Shown here: positions 1-8,799 of the stretch, one piece after another
Numbering within the stretch: position 1 is the first letter of the stretch
How the letters are laid out: every line of letters starts with the position of its first letter
Source of the DNA: Candidatus Marinacidobacterales bacterium
GTDB taxonomy: Bacteria > Acidobacteriota > Vicinamibacteria > Marinacidobacterales > SMYC01
Length of the DNA: 64,000 nt
Assembly (NCBI GenBank): GCA_965237955.1
Contig: OZ250169.1
Location: 4,800,001-4,864,000 of the forward strand
Reading direction: 5' to 3'
Program-made: the position numbers and the translations under genes
Notes under the pieces: model-generated
Databases searched by the model: none
What the model was told of the DNA's origin: nothing
The model's input: only the letters and a program-made list of their open reading frames with translations

Positions 1-31
1 TTGTATAGTAATCAAAGATCCAGGGGACTAG
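1..31 (-). mobile_element. MITE copy 1 (partial, runs off window start), inverted, inserted at CTAG inside the sigma54 activator gene
   Basis: Bases 1-31 are the exact reverse complement of 2247-2277 and 19127-19157 (ctagtcccctggatctttgattactatacaa). CTAG at 28-31. Confidence 0.9.
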
Positions 32-963
32 AGCTTTTCGATCACATTCGTGCGGTCGCGATCACGAGCTCCACCGTGCTCATTACCGGAGAGAGCGGCA
101 CCGGCAAAGAGCTTGCGGCACGTGCCATCCATGTCGGAAGCCCGCGCGCGTCCGAAGGGTTCGTATCCATCAACTGCGGGGCCGTTCCCGAGGCCCTTCT
201 CGAAAGCGAGCTCTTCGGTCATCTCAAAGGCTCGTTTACCGGAGCCATCACGAACCACAAGGGCCTGTTCGAGGTCGCTCACCGAGGCACGATTTTTCTC
301 GACGAGATTGCTGAGATGAGTCCGACGATGCAGGTGAAGCTGCTGCGAGTGCTGCAGGAAAAGCGGATTCGGCGCATCGGCTCGACCGGAGAGATCGAAA
401 TCGACGTGCGTATCCTGGCTGCGACGAACAAGAACCTCGAGCAAGGCGTCCAGGACAAGTCGTTCCGCGAAGGTCTCTACTACCGATTGAATGTGATTCC
501 GATACACCTGTCCCCGTTGCGAGATCGTCGTGACGATGTGCCGCTCCTCGCGGACCATTTCCTCGTCAAGGCGCGGGAGTCGATGGGGAGGAACATCACC
601 AAGATCGCCGACGAGGCCATCGAAATGCTCACGAACTACGATTGGCCCGGCAATGTGCGTGAGCTCGAGAACGTCATCGAACGCGCGGTGGCTCTCGAGG
701 TGACGAGCGTGATCCTTCCCGAGCGGCTTCCGGAAAAACTGAGAGACTTCGGCAAAGTCCCGGCGGGAGGCGCGCCGGCCAGTGAAGACGAGGAGTTCCC
801 CGAAGAGGGAATCGACTTCGCCGATCGGGTGGCGAACGTGGAACGACAGCTTCTTTCGTCGGCGATGAAGCATGCAGGAGGCGTCCAAACGAAAGCGGCG
901 AAGCTTTTGAGAATGAACCTGCGGTCGTTTCGATATTTGCTTCAGAAGTACAACTTGAGATGA
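28..963 (+). pseudogene. pilR: Sigma54-dependent transcriptional activator (PilR/NtrC-like), AAA+ and Fis-HTH part, separated from any N-terminal domain by the MITE
   Basis: GESGTGKE Walker A, ESELFGH, GSFTGA (GAFTGA loop), FLDEI, WPGNVREL, C-terminal HTH. The apparent N-terminus in the ORF track is MITE sequence. pilR assignment rests on position upstream of a sigma54 pilin promoter. Confidence 0.75.
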
Positions 964-969
964 CGAGGG

Positions 970-2250
970 TTGCGGCCATCGGCCATCAGCCTGACGCTCT
1001 TGGCGCTCGTTGCCTTCGTGGGTTGCGGGAGCGAGCCAGCGGCGGCACCGGCTTCGAAGATGAAGGTCCTTCTGCTGGGGTTGGATGGGGCTTCTTGGAA
1101 TGTGATGCAGCCTTTGCTGGATCGGGGGGCGCTTCCGAATTTGCAGCGGTTCGTGGATGAGGGTGTCTCGGCGCCGATGGAGTCCGAGCTTCCTTGCCTT
1201 TCCATCGTTTTGTGGACGAGCGTCGCAACGGGGAAGCTTCCCGAACAACACGGGATCCGTGACTGGTCCTACGTCGACCCCGATACCGGCGAGAAAGGTC
1301 TCATGAGCTCGACGCGCCGGCTCGTACCGGCGCTTTGGAACATCTCGACGGCCGCGGGACTTCGCGTCGGCTTCGTGAACTGGTGGGCCACGTGGCCCGC
1401 AGAGCCGGTGAACGGCTTCATCGTGTCCGAGCAGTTCACGCGCGCGCGGGCGGGTGAGGTGCTCGATCGCGGTACGTTTCCCGACGCGCTGATGGAAGAG
1501 GTCGCTCTCGACGGCGAGAGTCTCGACTGGCCCTGGCTGTCGCAACAACTTCGCTCGGGCGCGCTCAAAGTATTGTCCGATCGGGTCGGAGCCGGCGCCG
1601 TTGGCTCGCTCGAAGAGCGCACCCGTCAGGCGCTTTTCCTCTACGGGCAGGACTATCGGGGAGAAACGGCCACGTTCCACCTGCTGGCCAATCAGCCACA
1701 CCCACAACTCCTCGGCTACCTGTCGCGGAAAATCGACATCGCATCGCACTACATGTGGCAGTTTGGCTCGAGCCCAGAGTCCAGCCCAGACTCCAGCAAT
1801 GCCCCGAGCGACGAAGAGCTGTCTCGGCTACTGGAGCCCGTCTATCGCTACGAAGATGAGCTTTTGGGCCGTCTACTGGCTGCCGCGGGTCACGACATCA
1901 ACGTCGTCATTCTCTCCGACCACGGTTTTCGGTGGGAGAGCGATGGGTGGGGTCACGAAGAGACCGCGCCGCCGGGCATCTTCCTCGCCATGGGACCCGC
2001 ATTCAAGAAAAGCCAACGGCTGGCTTCGGTGCGGCTTTACGATATCGCGCCGACGGTTCTCCATCTGCTGCACATGCCGGTCGGGAAGGACATGGCGGGA
2101 GAGGTGCTCGTCGACGCTCTTGCCGACAACCGTCCATCTCGATGGATCGAGTCCTACGACGGCCTGGTAGACCACCGACGACCCGACGCGGAGAGCCCTT
2201 TCGAAGAGCGCATCCTCGAAGAGCTCAAAGCCCTCGGGTACTTGCGCTAG
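970..2250 (+). CDS. Alkaline phosphatase superfamily (type I phosphodiesterase / nucleotide pyrophosphatase) lipoprotein
   Basis: Lipobox-like FVGC, LLGLDGASW, LS..WTSVATG, LSDHGF, DIAPTVL, C-terminal LKALGYL. Confidence 0.8.
   Translation: MRPSAISLTLLALVAFVGCGSEPAAAPASKMKVLLLGLDGASWNVMQPLLDRGALPNLQRFVDEGVSAPMESELPCLSIVLWTSVATGKLPEQHGIRDWSYVDPDTGEKGLMSSTRRLVPALWNISTAAGLRVGFVNWWATWPAEPVNGFIVSEQFTRARAGEVLDRGTFPDALMEEVALDGESLDWPWLSQQLRSGALKVLSDRVGAGAVGSLEERTRQALFLYGQDYRGETATFHLLANQPHPQLLGYLSRKIDIASHYMWQFGSSPESSPDSSNAPSDEELSRLLEPVYRYEDELLGRLLAAAGHDINVVILSDHGFRWESDGWGHEETAPPGIFLAMGPAFKKSQRLASVRLYDIAPTVLHLLHMPVGKDMAGEVLVDALADNRPSRWIESYDGLVDHRRPDAESPFEERILEELKALGYLR
971..990 (+). repeat. GCCATCR heptamer tandem motif at a gene junction
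   Basis: tgcggccatcggccatcagc; 19/20 identical to 4011-4030, related to 7517-7540 (reverse) and 20963-20992. Confidence 0.6.
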
Positions 2251-2379
2251 TCCCCTGGATCTTTGATTACTATACAAAGTTAGGCTTTTCGCCAGCCCAT
2301 AAGATTCATAAGATTCATGCACTTAGAAGGGTTTCGGCAAGCTCTGCTTTATCTAGTTTGTTCTAATACAGGGGACTAG
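2247..2379 (+). mobile_element. MITE copy 2 (complete), ~125 bp core flanked by CTAG, inserted at the TAG stop of the phosphodiesterase gene
   Basis: Terminal inverted repeats ctagtcccctg...caggggactag; near-identical copy at 19127-19259 (one SNP); AT-richer than the host; no transposase. Confidence 0.9.
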
Positions 2380-2548
2380 GGGCCCTGCCGCATGCCGCGT
2401 GTGTTGAGCACTCATCCACAGTTTCATCTGACTATCACCTAGCAAACGTTAGTCGGTCTACTAAAAATTGATTTATGCTCCCGACAAAAAGTGGAAGCCG
2501 GGTGTAGCGCCGGGCGGGGAGCATTCGGGGCTGGACGTTGGACTCACC

Positions 2549-2561
2549 TAATATGTTGATA
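2549..2561 (-). promoter_or_regulatory. IHF binding site
   Basis: Reverse strand TATCAACATATTA matches WATCAANNNNTTR, about 50 bp upstream of a sigma54 promoter. Confidence 0.6.
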
Positions 2562-2609
2562 TGTAAGATGTTATGCTGTTAAGTCCTCGTTGGCCCGTCT
2601 GAGCTGAAC

Positions 2610-2625
2610 TGGCATGCCGGTTGCT
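2610..2625 (+). promoter_or_regulatory. Sigma54 (-24/-12) promoter for the pilin genes
   Basis: TGGCATGCCGGTTGCT matches TGGCAC-N5-TTGCW with exact spacing; lies upstream of the pilin and downstream of a sigma54 activator. Confidence 0.8.
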
Positions 2626-2781
2626 TAAGGCAAGGCTAAGACAATGCGAAGATTGGTAACTGACTTTGTTTTCTTGCTTACCGGCAAGCTTTGGCTCGAC
2701 GTTGGGGGAATCCATGGGGCCGGGGACGACGGGTGAGCAAATCAGCCCCGCGTGCGCGCGGGTTTTAGGAGAAAAACCAAA

Positions 2782-3321
2782 ATGAAGAACAACAAAGGTT
2801 TCACCCTTATCGAGCTACTGATTGTGGTTGCGATTATCGGCATCATCGCCGCGATCGCGATCCCGAGCTTGCTCCGCGCCCGCGTCTCGGCTAACGAGGC
2901 CCAGGCGATTGGCGACACCCGTTCGGTGATCTCCGCTGAGCAGACGTACGCGTCCGCCAACGGTGGAATGTTCTCGAACTTGGTCAACCTCTGCCGGAAC
3001 GGCGGCAACTGCGCCGGCATCGGCATCCCGAACTATCCGACCGCCGCTCCGGAGTTCTGCGGTGGCGACCTCGGCCGCACTTCGCCTTACACGAAGTCCG
3101 GCTACTCGCGCCAGTGGACTGCGGGTCAGGCTCCGACGAACGTGTCGACGAACCTGGATCCGGCCAGCGTGTTGGACTACTGCTACGACTCCTCGCCGGC
3201 CAGCCTTGGTCTGACGGGTGCGCGTTCGTTCTCGGGCTCGGGTACCGGTGCGCTCTACGTGGATCCCTCGGGTGCACAGATCGCTTGCCCGATTCCCGCT
3301 GCTACCGCGTTTCTCGAATAA
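2782..3321 (+). CDS. pilA: Type IV pilin (probable major pilin)
   Basis: AGGAG RBS; leader MKNNKG|FTLIELLIVVAIIGIIAAIAIP with class III cleavage site and E5; first gene after the sigma54 promoter. Confidence 0.85.
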   Translation: MKNNKGFTLIELLIVVAIIGIIAAIAIPSLLRARVSANEAQAIGDTRSVISAEQTYASANGGMFSNLVNLCRNGGNCAGIGIPNYPTAAPEFCGGDLGRTSPYTKSGYSRQWTAGQAPTNVSTNLDPASVLDYCYDSSPASLGLTGARSFSGSGTGALYVDPSGAQIACPIPAATAFLE

Positions 3322-3336
3322 CGTATAGAATGCGTG

Positions 3337-3362
3337 GGGTGGCGCCCTGGGGGGCGCCGCCC
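3337..3362 (+). terminator. GC-rich hairpin between the two pilin genes (terminator or stabiliser)
   Basis: gggtggcgccc-tggg-gggcgccgccc stem-loop; no U-tract. Confidence 0.4.
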
Positions 3363-3423
3363 TAAAGCACAACAACAGAAAAAAGGTCCAAAAGAAGGCA
3401 CAGTAGTTGGGGGGGTCTTCAAA

Positions 3424-3978
3424 ATGAAGCATCGAGAATACAAGACGCGAGAGAAGGGGTTCACGCTGATCGAGCTTCTCATCGTCGTGGCCATCATCGG
3501 CATCATCGCCGCAATCGCCATCCCGAACCTCCTGAGGGCCCGGGTCTCCGCCAACGAGGCGCAAGCGATCGGAGACACTCGGAGCGTCATGTCTGCCAGT
3601 GCGACCTACGCTTCGGTGAACTGTGGGCTCTTCGCCGCCAACATGATGTGCATGACCACCGCCGGTGGCGGCGCGATTTGTATTCCCAACTATCCGGCGG
3701 TGGCACCGGAATTCATCGGCGGTGACCTAGGTCGCGTCACGCCCTACTCCAAGAGCGGCTACACGCGCGATTACCTGTCCAATGGGTTTCCGACCGCGGT
3801 GAGCCCTCTTTGCGATCCTGCTTCGATCCTGGATTTCTGCTACACCGCCTCGCCAACTCAAATCGGGTTGACCGGAGTGCGCTCGTTTATGGGCGGCTCT
3901 GCCGGCGCGATTTTCCAGGACACGACAGGCGTGCAAATCGCTTGTCCCGTGCCGATGGGCACGGATACGTTGAGTTAG
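3424..3978 (+). CDS. Second type IV pilin, paralog of the first
   Basis: REKG|FTLIELLIVVAIIGIIAAIAIP; shares ANEAQAIGDTRSV, IPNYP, GGDLGR, KSGY and QIACP with pilin 1. Confidence 0.85.
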   Translation: MKHREYKTREKGFTLIELLIVVAIIGIIAAIAIPNLLRARVSANEAQAIGDTRSVMSASATYASVNCGLFAANMMCMTTAGGGAICIPNYPAVAPEFIGGDLGRVTPYSKSGYTRDYLSNGFPTAVSPLCDPASILDFCYTASPTQIGLTGVRSFMGGSAGAIFQDTTGVQIACPVPMGTDTLS

Positions 3979-4010
3979 CGGCGCGGCTGCCCGCGGTGGC
4001 GCACCGCGCG

Positions 4011-4030
4011 TGCGGCCATCGGCCGTCAGC
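4011..4030 (+). repeat. GCCATCR heptamer tandem motif
   Basis: tgcggccatcggccgtcagc, intergenic after pilin 2. Confidence 0.55.
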
Positions 4031-4131
4031 ACCCGTCTTGCGGTGTGGTAAAATAGCGCCTAAGCCCTGATAGCTCACCAGCAAAACCGAGCCCTGCAAG
4101 CTCCAACAACGCCTACACGGAAAACGCTCAC

Positions 4132-5067
4132 ATGCTTGTCGTCGAAACGATAGGTCTCACCAAGGACTACGAAATCGGGCACATCGCGACGAAGACGCGC
4201 CGTGCCCTTCACCGTCTCGATCTGACGGTCGAGGAAGGCGAGACGTTCGGGCTCATCGGTCCCAACGGCGCCGGCAAGACGACGACGCTGAAGCTCCTCA
4301 TGGGTCTCGTTTTCCCGACCGAGGGCGAGGCCAAAATCCTCGGTAGACCCGTCGCCGACCGCGATATGAAGCGTGAGATTGGCTATTTACCCGAGCATCC
4401 GTACTTCTACGACTACTTGACCGGTCGCGAGCTCCTTCTGTACTTCGGGCAGCTCTTCGGCCTCGAAAAGACCGAACGGCAGACGCGCGCGGAGGAGCTT
4501 CTCGAGAGAGTCGGGATGACGGACTCCGCCGATATGCCCCTTCGAAAGTACTCGAAGGGCATGACCCAGCGACTCGGCATCGCCCAAGCGTTGATCAACC
4601 GGCCGAAAGTGGTTTTTTTCGATGAGCCGATGTCTGGGCTTGACCCGGTGGGTCGACGCGAGATGACGCTTCTGGTGCGAGAGCTCTCGGAGTCCGGCGT
4701 AACGGTCTTCTTCTGCTCGCACATCCTGCCGGATGTCGAGCAACTTTGTGACCGTGTCGCGATTCTGAACAAGGGTAAGCTCGTCGAGATCGGGCGACTC
4801 AGCGAGATCTTGGATGTGTCGGTGCACACGGTGGAGGTCGTGCTCGACAACGCGAGCGCCGAGCTGGAGAAGCGAATTCGAGAGCACGCGCGCGACGTGC
4901 GCCGCACCGGAAACCGCCTCAGCGTCGCGCTCGCGGAGCCGGGCGATGTCGACGCGGCGCTCGAGATGCTCTCAGGTGATGGGGCGCGGTTGGTCTCGGT
5001 GACGCCGGTCACGCAAACCCTCGAGGATCACTTCGTGAAAGAGCTCGGGAAAGAGGCGGCGTCGTGA
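4132..5067 (+). CDS. ABC transporter ATP-binding protein (pilin-associated, Myxococcus PilH-like)
   Basis: GPNGAGKTT, YSKGM signature, FFDEP, SH switch. Confidence 0.9.
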   Translation: MLVVETIGLTKDYEIGHIATKTRRALHRLDLTVEEGETFGLIGPNGAGKTTTLKLLMGLVFPTEGEAKILGRPVADRDMKREIGYLPEHPYFYDYLTGRELLLYFGQLFGLEKTERQTRAEELLERVGMTDSADMPLRKYSKGMTQRLGIAQALINRPKVVFFDEPMSGLDPVGRREMTLLVRELSESGVTVFFCSHILPDVEQLCDRVAILNKGKLVEIGRLSEILDVSVHTVEVVLDNASAELEKRIREHARDVRRTGNRLSVALAEPGDVDAALEMLSGDGARLVSVTPVTQTLEDHFVKELGKEAAS

Positions 5068-5831
5068 CCAGCGTCGGCTACATCGCGCTCAACACTTACC
5101 GCGAGACGGTGCGTGACAAAGTGCTCTATAACCTAGTGCTGTTTGCGCTGTTGATGATCCTGAGCTCTTTCATTCTTGCGAAGATATCGGTGTACCAGGA
5201 GATCAAGATCATCAAAGATCTCGGGCTGGCTTCGATCTCGATCTTCGGCATGGTGATCGCGATCTTCATTGGGATTGGGCTCGTCTCCAAGGAAATCGAC
5301 AAGAGGACGCTCTACAGCCTTCTGCCGAAACCGATCTCGCGGGTTCAGTTCTTGCTCGGCAAGTATTTCGGGCTTTGTCTCACGCTATTCGTAAACGTTG
5401 CCATCATGACGGCCGGTCTCTACACATTGCTGTTCGTCATGGCGGAGCCGTTCGAGCCCTCACTTCTGAAGGCGGTGTACCTGATCTACGTCAAGCTCGC
5501 GGTGCTCGTCGGTGTGGCCCTTCTCTTCAGCACCTTCTCGTCCTCGATTCTCGCCGGTCTGTTTACCGGGTTCACCTACGTTGCCGGTTATTTCTCCTCG
5601 GATCTCAAGAACTTCGATAGTGTCGTCGAATCGGGTGTGCTTCCCGCGATAACGACGGCGCTCTACTACGTACTTCCGAATTTCAAGACTTTCGACATCA
5701 AGGCGCCGATCGTCGCGGGCGATCCGGTGCCGTTTTCTCAGATCGGATGGGCCACGGTGTACGCACTCGTCTACATCGCGGTGTTGCTTACGGTCTCCAC
5801 CTGGGTGTTTCAGAAGCGCAATCTCAAGTAG
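5064..5831 (+). CDS. ABC-2 type permease (PilI-like)
   Basis: About six hydrophobic segments, KEIDKRTLY..LPKPISR..FLLGK motif, GTGA overlap with the ATPase. Confidence 0.8.
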   Translation: MTSVGYIALNTYRETVRDKVLYNLVLFALLMILSSFILAKISVYQEIKIIKDLGLASISIFGMVIAIFIGIGLVSKEIDKRTLYSLLPKPISRVQFLLGKYFGLCLTLFVNVAIMTAGLYTLLFVMAEPFEPSLLKAVYLIYVKLAVLVGVALLFSTFSSSILAGLFTGFTYVAGYFSSDLKNFDSVVESGVLPAITTALYYVLPNFKTFDIKAPIVAGDPVPFSQIGWATVYALVYIAVLLTVSTWVFQKRNLK

Positions 5832-5839
5832 TGAACGCC

Positions 5840-6706
5840 ATGAGGCTCAGGATCATCGTGTTGGCGGTTCTCGTCGGCGCACTCTATCGGATCCAAACTC
5901 ACATCGATGAGAAATTCGGGAACTATCGCGCCACCGAGGAGATCCTGTACGTCGAGAACGGCGCGGTGATGAAAAAGGTCATGGTTGGGTTCGAGAACCT
6001 CGCTGCCGATCTCTATTGGCTTCGGACGGTCCAGTATTTCGGTGGGCAGCGTTCACAAGTTACCGGCAAGAACTACGATTTGCTCGAGCCCCTCCTCCAC
6101 ATCACGATCGATCTCGATCCTGATTTCAAGATTGCTTACACCTATGGTGCGACGTTTCTTTCCGAGCCGTTTCCCATGGGAGCCGGGCTTCCGTCGAAAG
6201 GAATCGAGATTATCGAGCGTGGTATGGAGAACCATCCCGAGTACTGGCGTTTCTATCTCGACAAGGGGTTCATCTATTTCTGGCACCTCAAAGATTGCGA
6301 GAAGGCAGCCGAAGTGTTTCTCGAGGGAAGCGAGCTTCCGGGCGCCCCATATTGGATGATCGCGACCGCGGGTCGCACCCTCGGAGGCTGCGGCGAGCGT
6401 GACACCGCCCGCGGCCTTTGGCAGCTGCTCTATGAAACCGCCGAAACCGATCAGCAGCGCGACAACGCCGTCATCCACCTGAGGCAGCTCGATGCGCTCG
6501 ATCAGATCGATATCCTGCACGAGATCATCACCACCTACCATGAGAACACTGATGACTATCCGTCGAGCTGGCAGGAGCTCATCCAAGCAGGGTTCTTGAA
6601 GGGAGCTCCGCTCGACCCCACCGGGAGCCCCTATGTGCTCGATAGCACCACTCACGACGTAGAGCTGTCTCCGGCCTCCACTCTCGGGGTTCTCCCAACC
6701 CGGTGA
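5840..6706 (+). CDS. Membrane-anchored TPR-like pilus-associated protein (PilG-like)
   Basis: N-terminal TM, ADLYWLRTVQYFG, helical repeats, pseudopilin-like C-terminus YPSSWQEL...DPTGSPY. Confidence 0.55.
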   Translation: MRLRIIVLAVLVGALYRIQTHIDEKFGNYRATEEILYVENGAVMKKVMVGFENLAADLYWLRTVQYFGGQRSQVTGKNYDLLEPLLHITIDLDPDFKIAYTYGATFLSEPFPMGAGLPSKGIEIIERGMENHPEYWRFYLDKGFIYFWHLKDCEKAAEVFLEGSELPGAPYWMIATAGRTLGGCGERDTARGLWQLLYETAETDQQRDNAVIHLRQLDALDQIDILHEIITTYHENTDDYPSSWQELIQAGFLKGAPLDPTGSPYVLDSTTHDVELSPASTLGVLPTR

Positions 6707-7488
6707 CTCTTCAAGAAGAAGTTCCCTGGCTTCTCCCCGTCTTCGCAGCGCTCTTCGGCCTCGTTTGGGGAAGCTTCGTGAACGTCGTGATCCACCGGCT
6801 CCCTCTCGGGGAGTCGATCGTCTCGCCCCGATCGCGCTGCCCTGGTTGCAAGAACCTCGTCGCTTCCTACGACAACATACCCGTGCTCAGCTTCATCGTG
6901 CTCCAGGGGCGTTGCCGGCACTGTGAAGCTCGGATCTCCCTTCGGTATCCGGCGATCGAGCTCGCGATCGGCGCCGTGGCGCTTTTTTCGTTTCTGCGGC
7001 ATGGACCGAGTCTCGAATACGTCGTTGAGCTCACCTTCGTCGCGGCGATGGTCGCCCTGATCTTCATCGACTTCGACCATCAAATCCTCCCTGACACGGT
7101 TACCCTGTCGGGCCTCGCGCTCGGGTTGGTGCTAGCGTGGCCCCGGGAGGCGATCACGGTCGTCGATGCACTCAAAGGTGCCGCGCTCGGCGGTGGGCTC
7201 CTGTTTGCGGTGTCGGAAGTGTACTTCCGTATCAAGAAGGTGGAAGGCATGGGATTCGGGGACGTGAAGATGATGGCGATGGTCGGGGCTTTCCTCGGCT
7301 GGAAAGGCGTGCTCCTGACGCTGTTTCTCGGCTCGTTCACAGGCTCCATCGTGGGGCTCGCGGTCATCGCGATGACGAACGGTGACATGAAAACGAAGCT
7401 CCCGTTCGGTACGTTCCTCGGCATGGGCGCCATCGCCACCATCTACGCGGGCCCTTTCGCGATCGCCTGGTACTCGGGGCTGTTTTGA
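6703..7488 (+). CDS. pilD: Prepilin peptidase / N-methyltransferase
   Basis: GSFVNVVIHRLP, CPGC and CRHC zinc motifs, FIDFD, GMGFGDVK, PFGTFL. Confidence 0.92.
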   Translation: MTLQEEVPWLLPVFAALFGLVWGSFVNVVIHRLPLGESIVSPRSRCPGCKNLVASYDNIPVLSFIVLQGRCRHCEARISLRYPAIELAIGAVALFSFLRHGPSLEYVVELTFVAAMVALIFIDFDHQILPDTVTLSGLALGLVLAWPREAITVVDALKGAALGGGLLFAVSEVYFRIKKVEGMGFGDVKMMAMVGAFLGWKGVLLTLFLGSFTGSIVGLAVIAMTNGDMKTKLPFGTFLGMGAIATIYAGPFAIAWYSGLF

Positions 7489-7516
7489 CGCCATGACGCA
7501 AGCTGATATGGAGCGA

Positions 7517-7540
7517 GCTGATGGCCGCTGGCCGATGGCG
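7517..7540 (-). repeat. GCCATCR heptamer tandem motif (reverse orientation)
   Basis: gctgatggccgctggccgatggcg after the pilD stop. Confidence 0.5.
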
Positions 7541-7555
7541 GATCATGTCGGGTTG

Positions 7556-7790
7556 ATGATGTTCAGTCGCGAAGGACGAATTCGCCTCTTCCTCGCCTTC
7601 TTGATCCTCGTTCTCGTCCTCACCAATAGCCAGAGCCTCCAGGTGTCGTACCTTTCTCAGGTTCTCCTTACCGAGCTCTTCGAGACACAATCCCGCGAGC
7701 TTTCCCTTCGTATTGCTTCGGAAATCGAACGAGAAGCCGACGAACCGACACGGGTTTTGACGTCACGGCTTGCGAGCATCGCCGAAGCGG
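7556..7790 (+). pseudogene. N-terminal remnant of a membrane-anchored protein (sensor-kinase-like), fused in frame to the argF tail
   Basis: MMFSREGRIRLFLAFLILVLVLT TM followed by a helix, then an abrupt switch to OTCase sequence. Confidence 0.5.
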
Positions 7791-8071
7791 CCGCGATCCA
7801 GGGCTCCGACGCCGTGTACACCGACCGGTGGAGCGCGCCCGGCCATCCTGTCGACGACGCTCGGGCCGAGCTCTTGGCCCCGTTTCCGGTCAGCGCCCAG
7901 TTGATGGCGATGGCCAAACCCGACGCGTTTTTCATGCATTGCCTTCCGGCCGAGCGCGGCCGTGAGGTCACGGCCGAGGTGATCGACGGCCCGCAGAGCG
8001 TCGTGTTCGAACAAGCGCAAAACCGCCTTCATGTGCAAAAGGCGATCCTGACCATGCTGCTTGGCAGGTAG
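7787..8071 (+). pseudogene. argF: C-terminal fragment of ornithine carbamoyltransferase
   Basis: DAVYTD, FMHCLPA, RGREVTAEVIDG, QAQNRLHVQKAIL present; the N-terminal STRT domain is absent. Confidence 0.85.
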
Positions 8072-8112
8072 CGCATCGCCCCCCTGCCCGTGCCCGACTA
8101 AAAACGCCCCTC

Positions 8113-8799
8113 TCACTTCGTCGCCCTGTGAATCGCCACGATCCCGCCGCTAAGTCGCCGATAACTCGCATCTCTCAACCCGGCCGTTCCCATCATTCCC
8201 ATTAGCGTGTCGGGGTCCGGGAATCCCATGATCGACTCGGCCAAGTAGCGGTACGCCTCTCCTTTCCGGCTCAACAAATCTCCCATGCGCGGTAATAATA
8301 CGTTCAAATAAAACCGGTACGGCGCGCGAAGCCAAATACCCTGAGGGTGCGAGAACTCGAGGATCGCAAGCGTGCCTCCAGGCTTCAGCACTCTTCTCAT
8401 CTCTCGAAGCCCCTTGTCCATATCCGCGAGATTTCGGAGACCGAACGCCACCGTGGTCGCGTCGAAGGTGTCGTCCAGAAACGGCAGCGAAAGCGTATCG
8501 GCAGCAGCGAGCCCGAGCGGGGTTTCGGAGCTTGTAGACTTCGATTGCGCTCGCGTCAGCATGTTCCAGGTGAAGTCGCACGCGACGCACCGGGCATGCC
8601 CGGCGATCTCGAGAGCGAGGTCTCCGGTGCCGCAACACAGATCGAGTACAACGTGCTCCGCGCCGAGACCTAGGGCCTCGACGACTCGACGGCGCCACGA
8701 ACGGTCGATGCCAAGGCTCAAAACGCGGTTCAGCAGATCGTAGCGGGGCGCAACGCCCTCGAACATCTGCCGTACTGAAGACGCTTGCGGCTGCGGCAT
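8113..8799 (-). CDS. ubiE: UbiE/MenG quinone C-methyltransferase
   Basis: MFEGVAPRYDLLNRVLSLG, LDLCCGTGD, FGLRN, EMRRVLKPGG, YRYLAESI. Confidence 0.88.
   Translation of the reverse strand: MPQPQASSVRQMFEGVAPRYDLLNRVLSLGIDRSWRRRVVEALGLGAEHVVLDLCCGTGDLALEIAGHARCVACDFTWNMLTRAQSKSTSSETPLGLAAADTLSLPFLDDTFDATTVAFGLRNLADMDKGLREMRRVLKPGGTLAILEFSHPQGIWLRAPYRFYLNVLLPRMGDLLSRKGEAYRYLAESIMGFPDPDTLMGMMGTAGLRDASYRRLSGGIVAIHRATK

Noticed and set aside
28-1749. 573-aa reverse-strand ORF, and similar long antisense ORFs (e.g. 35272-36357, 51057-52295, 57161-58252)
   Set aside because: They shadow well-supported genes on the opposite strand, have no recognisable motifs, and are expected in high-GC DNA.
2247-2379. 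MITE as a CRISPR repeat, tRNA or attC site
   Set aside because: Copies are dispersed, have terminal IRs and a target duplication; no spacers, cloverleaf or integrase.
2782-3978. Pilins as conductive e-pili or a silent-cassette antigenic variation system
   Set aside because: Both are long, full-length pilins with their own leaders; no truncated aromatic-dense pilin, promoterless cassettes or invertase were seen.
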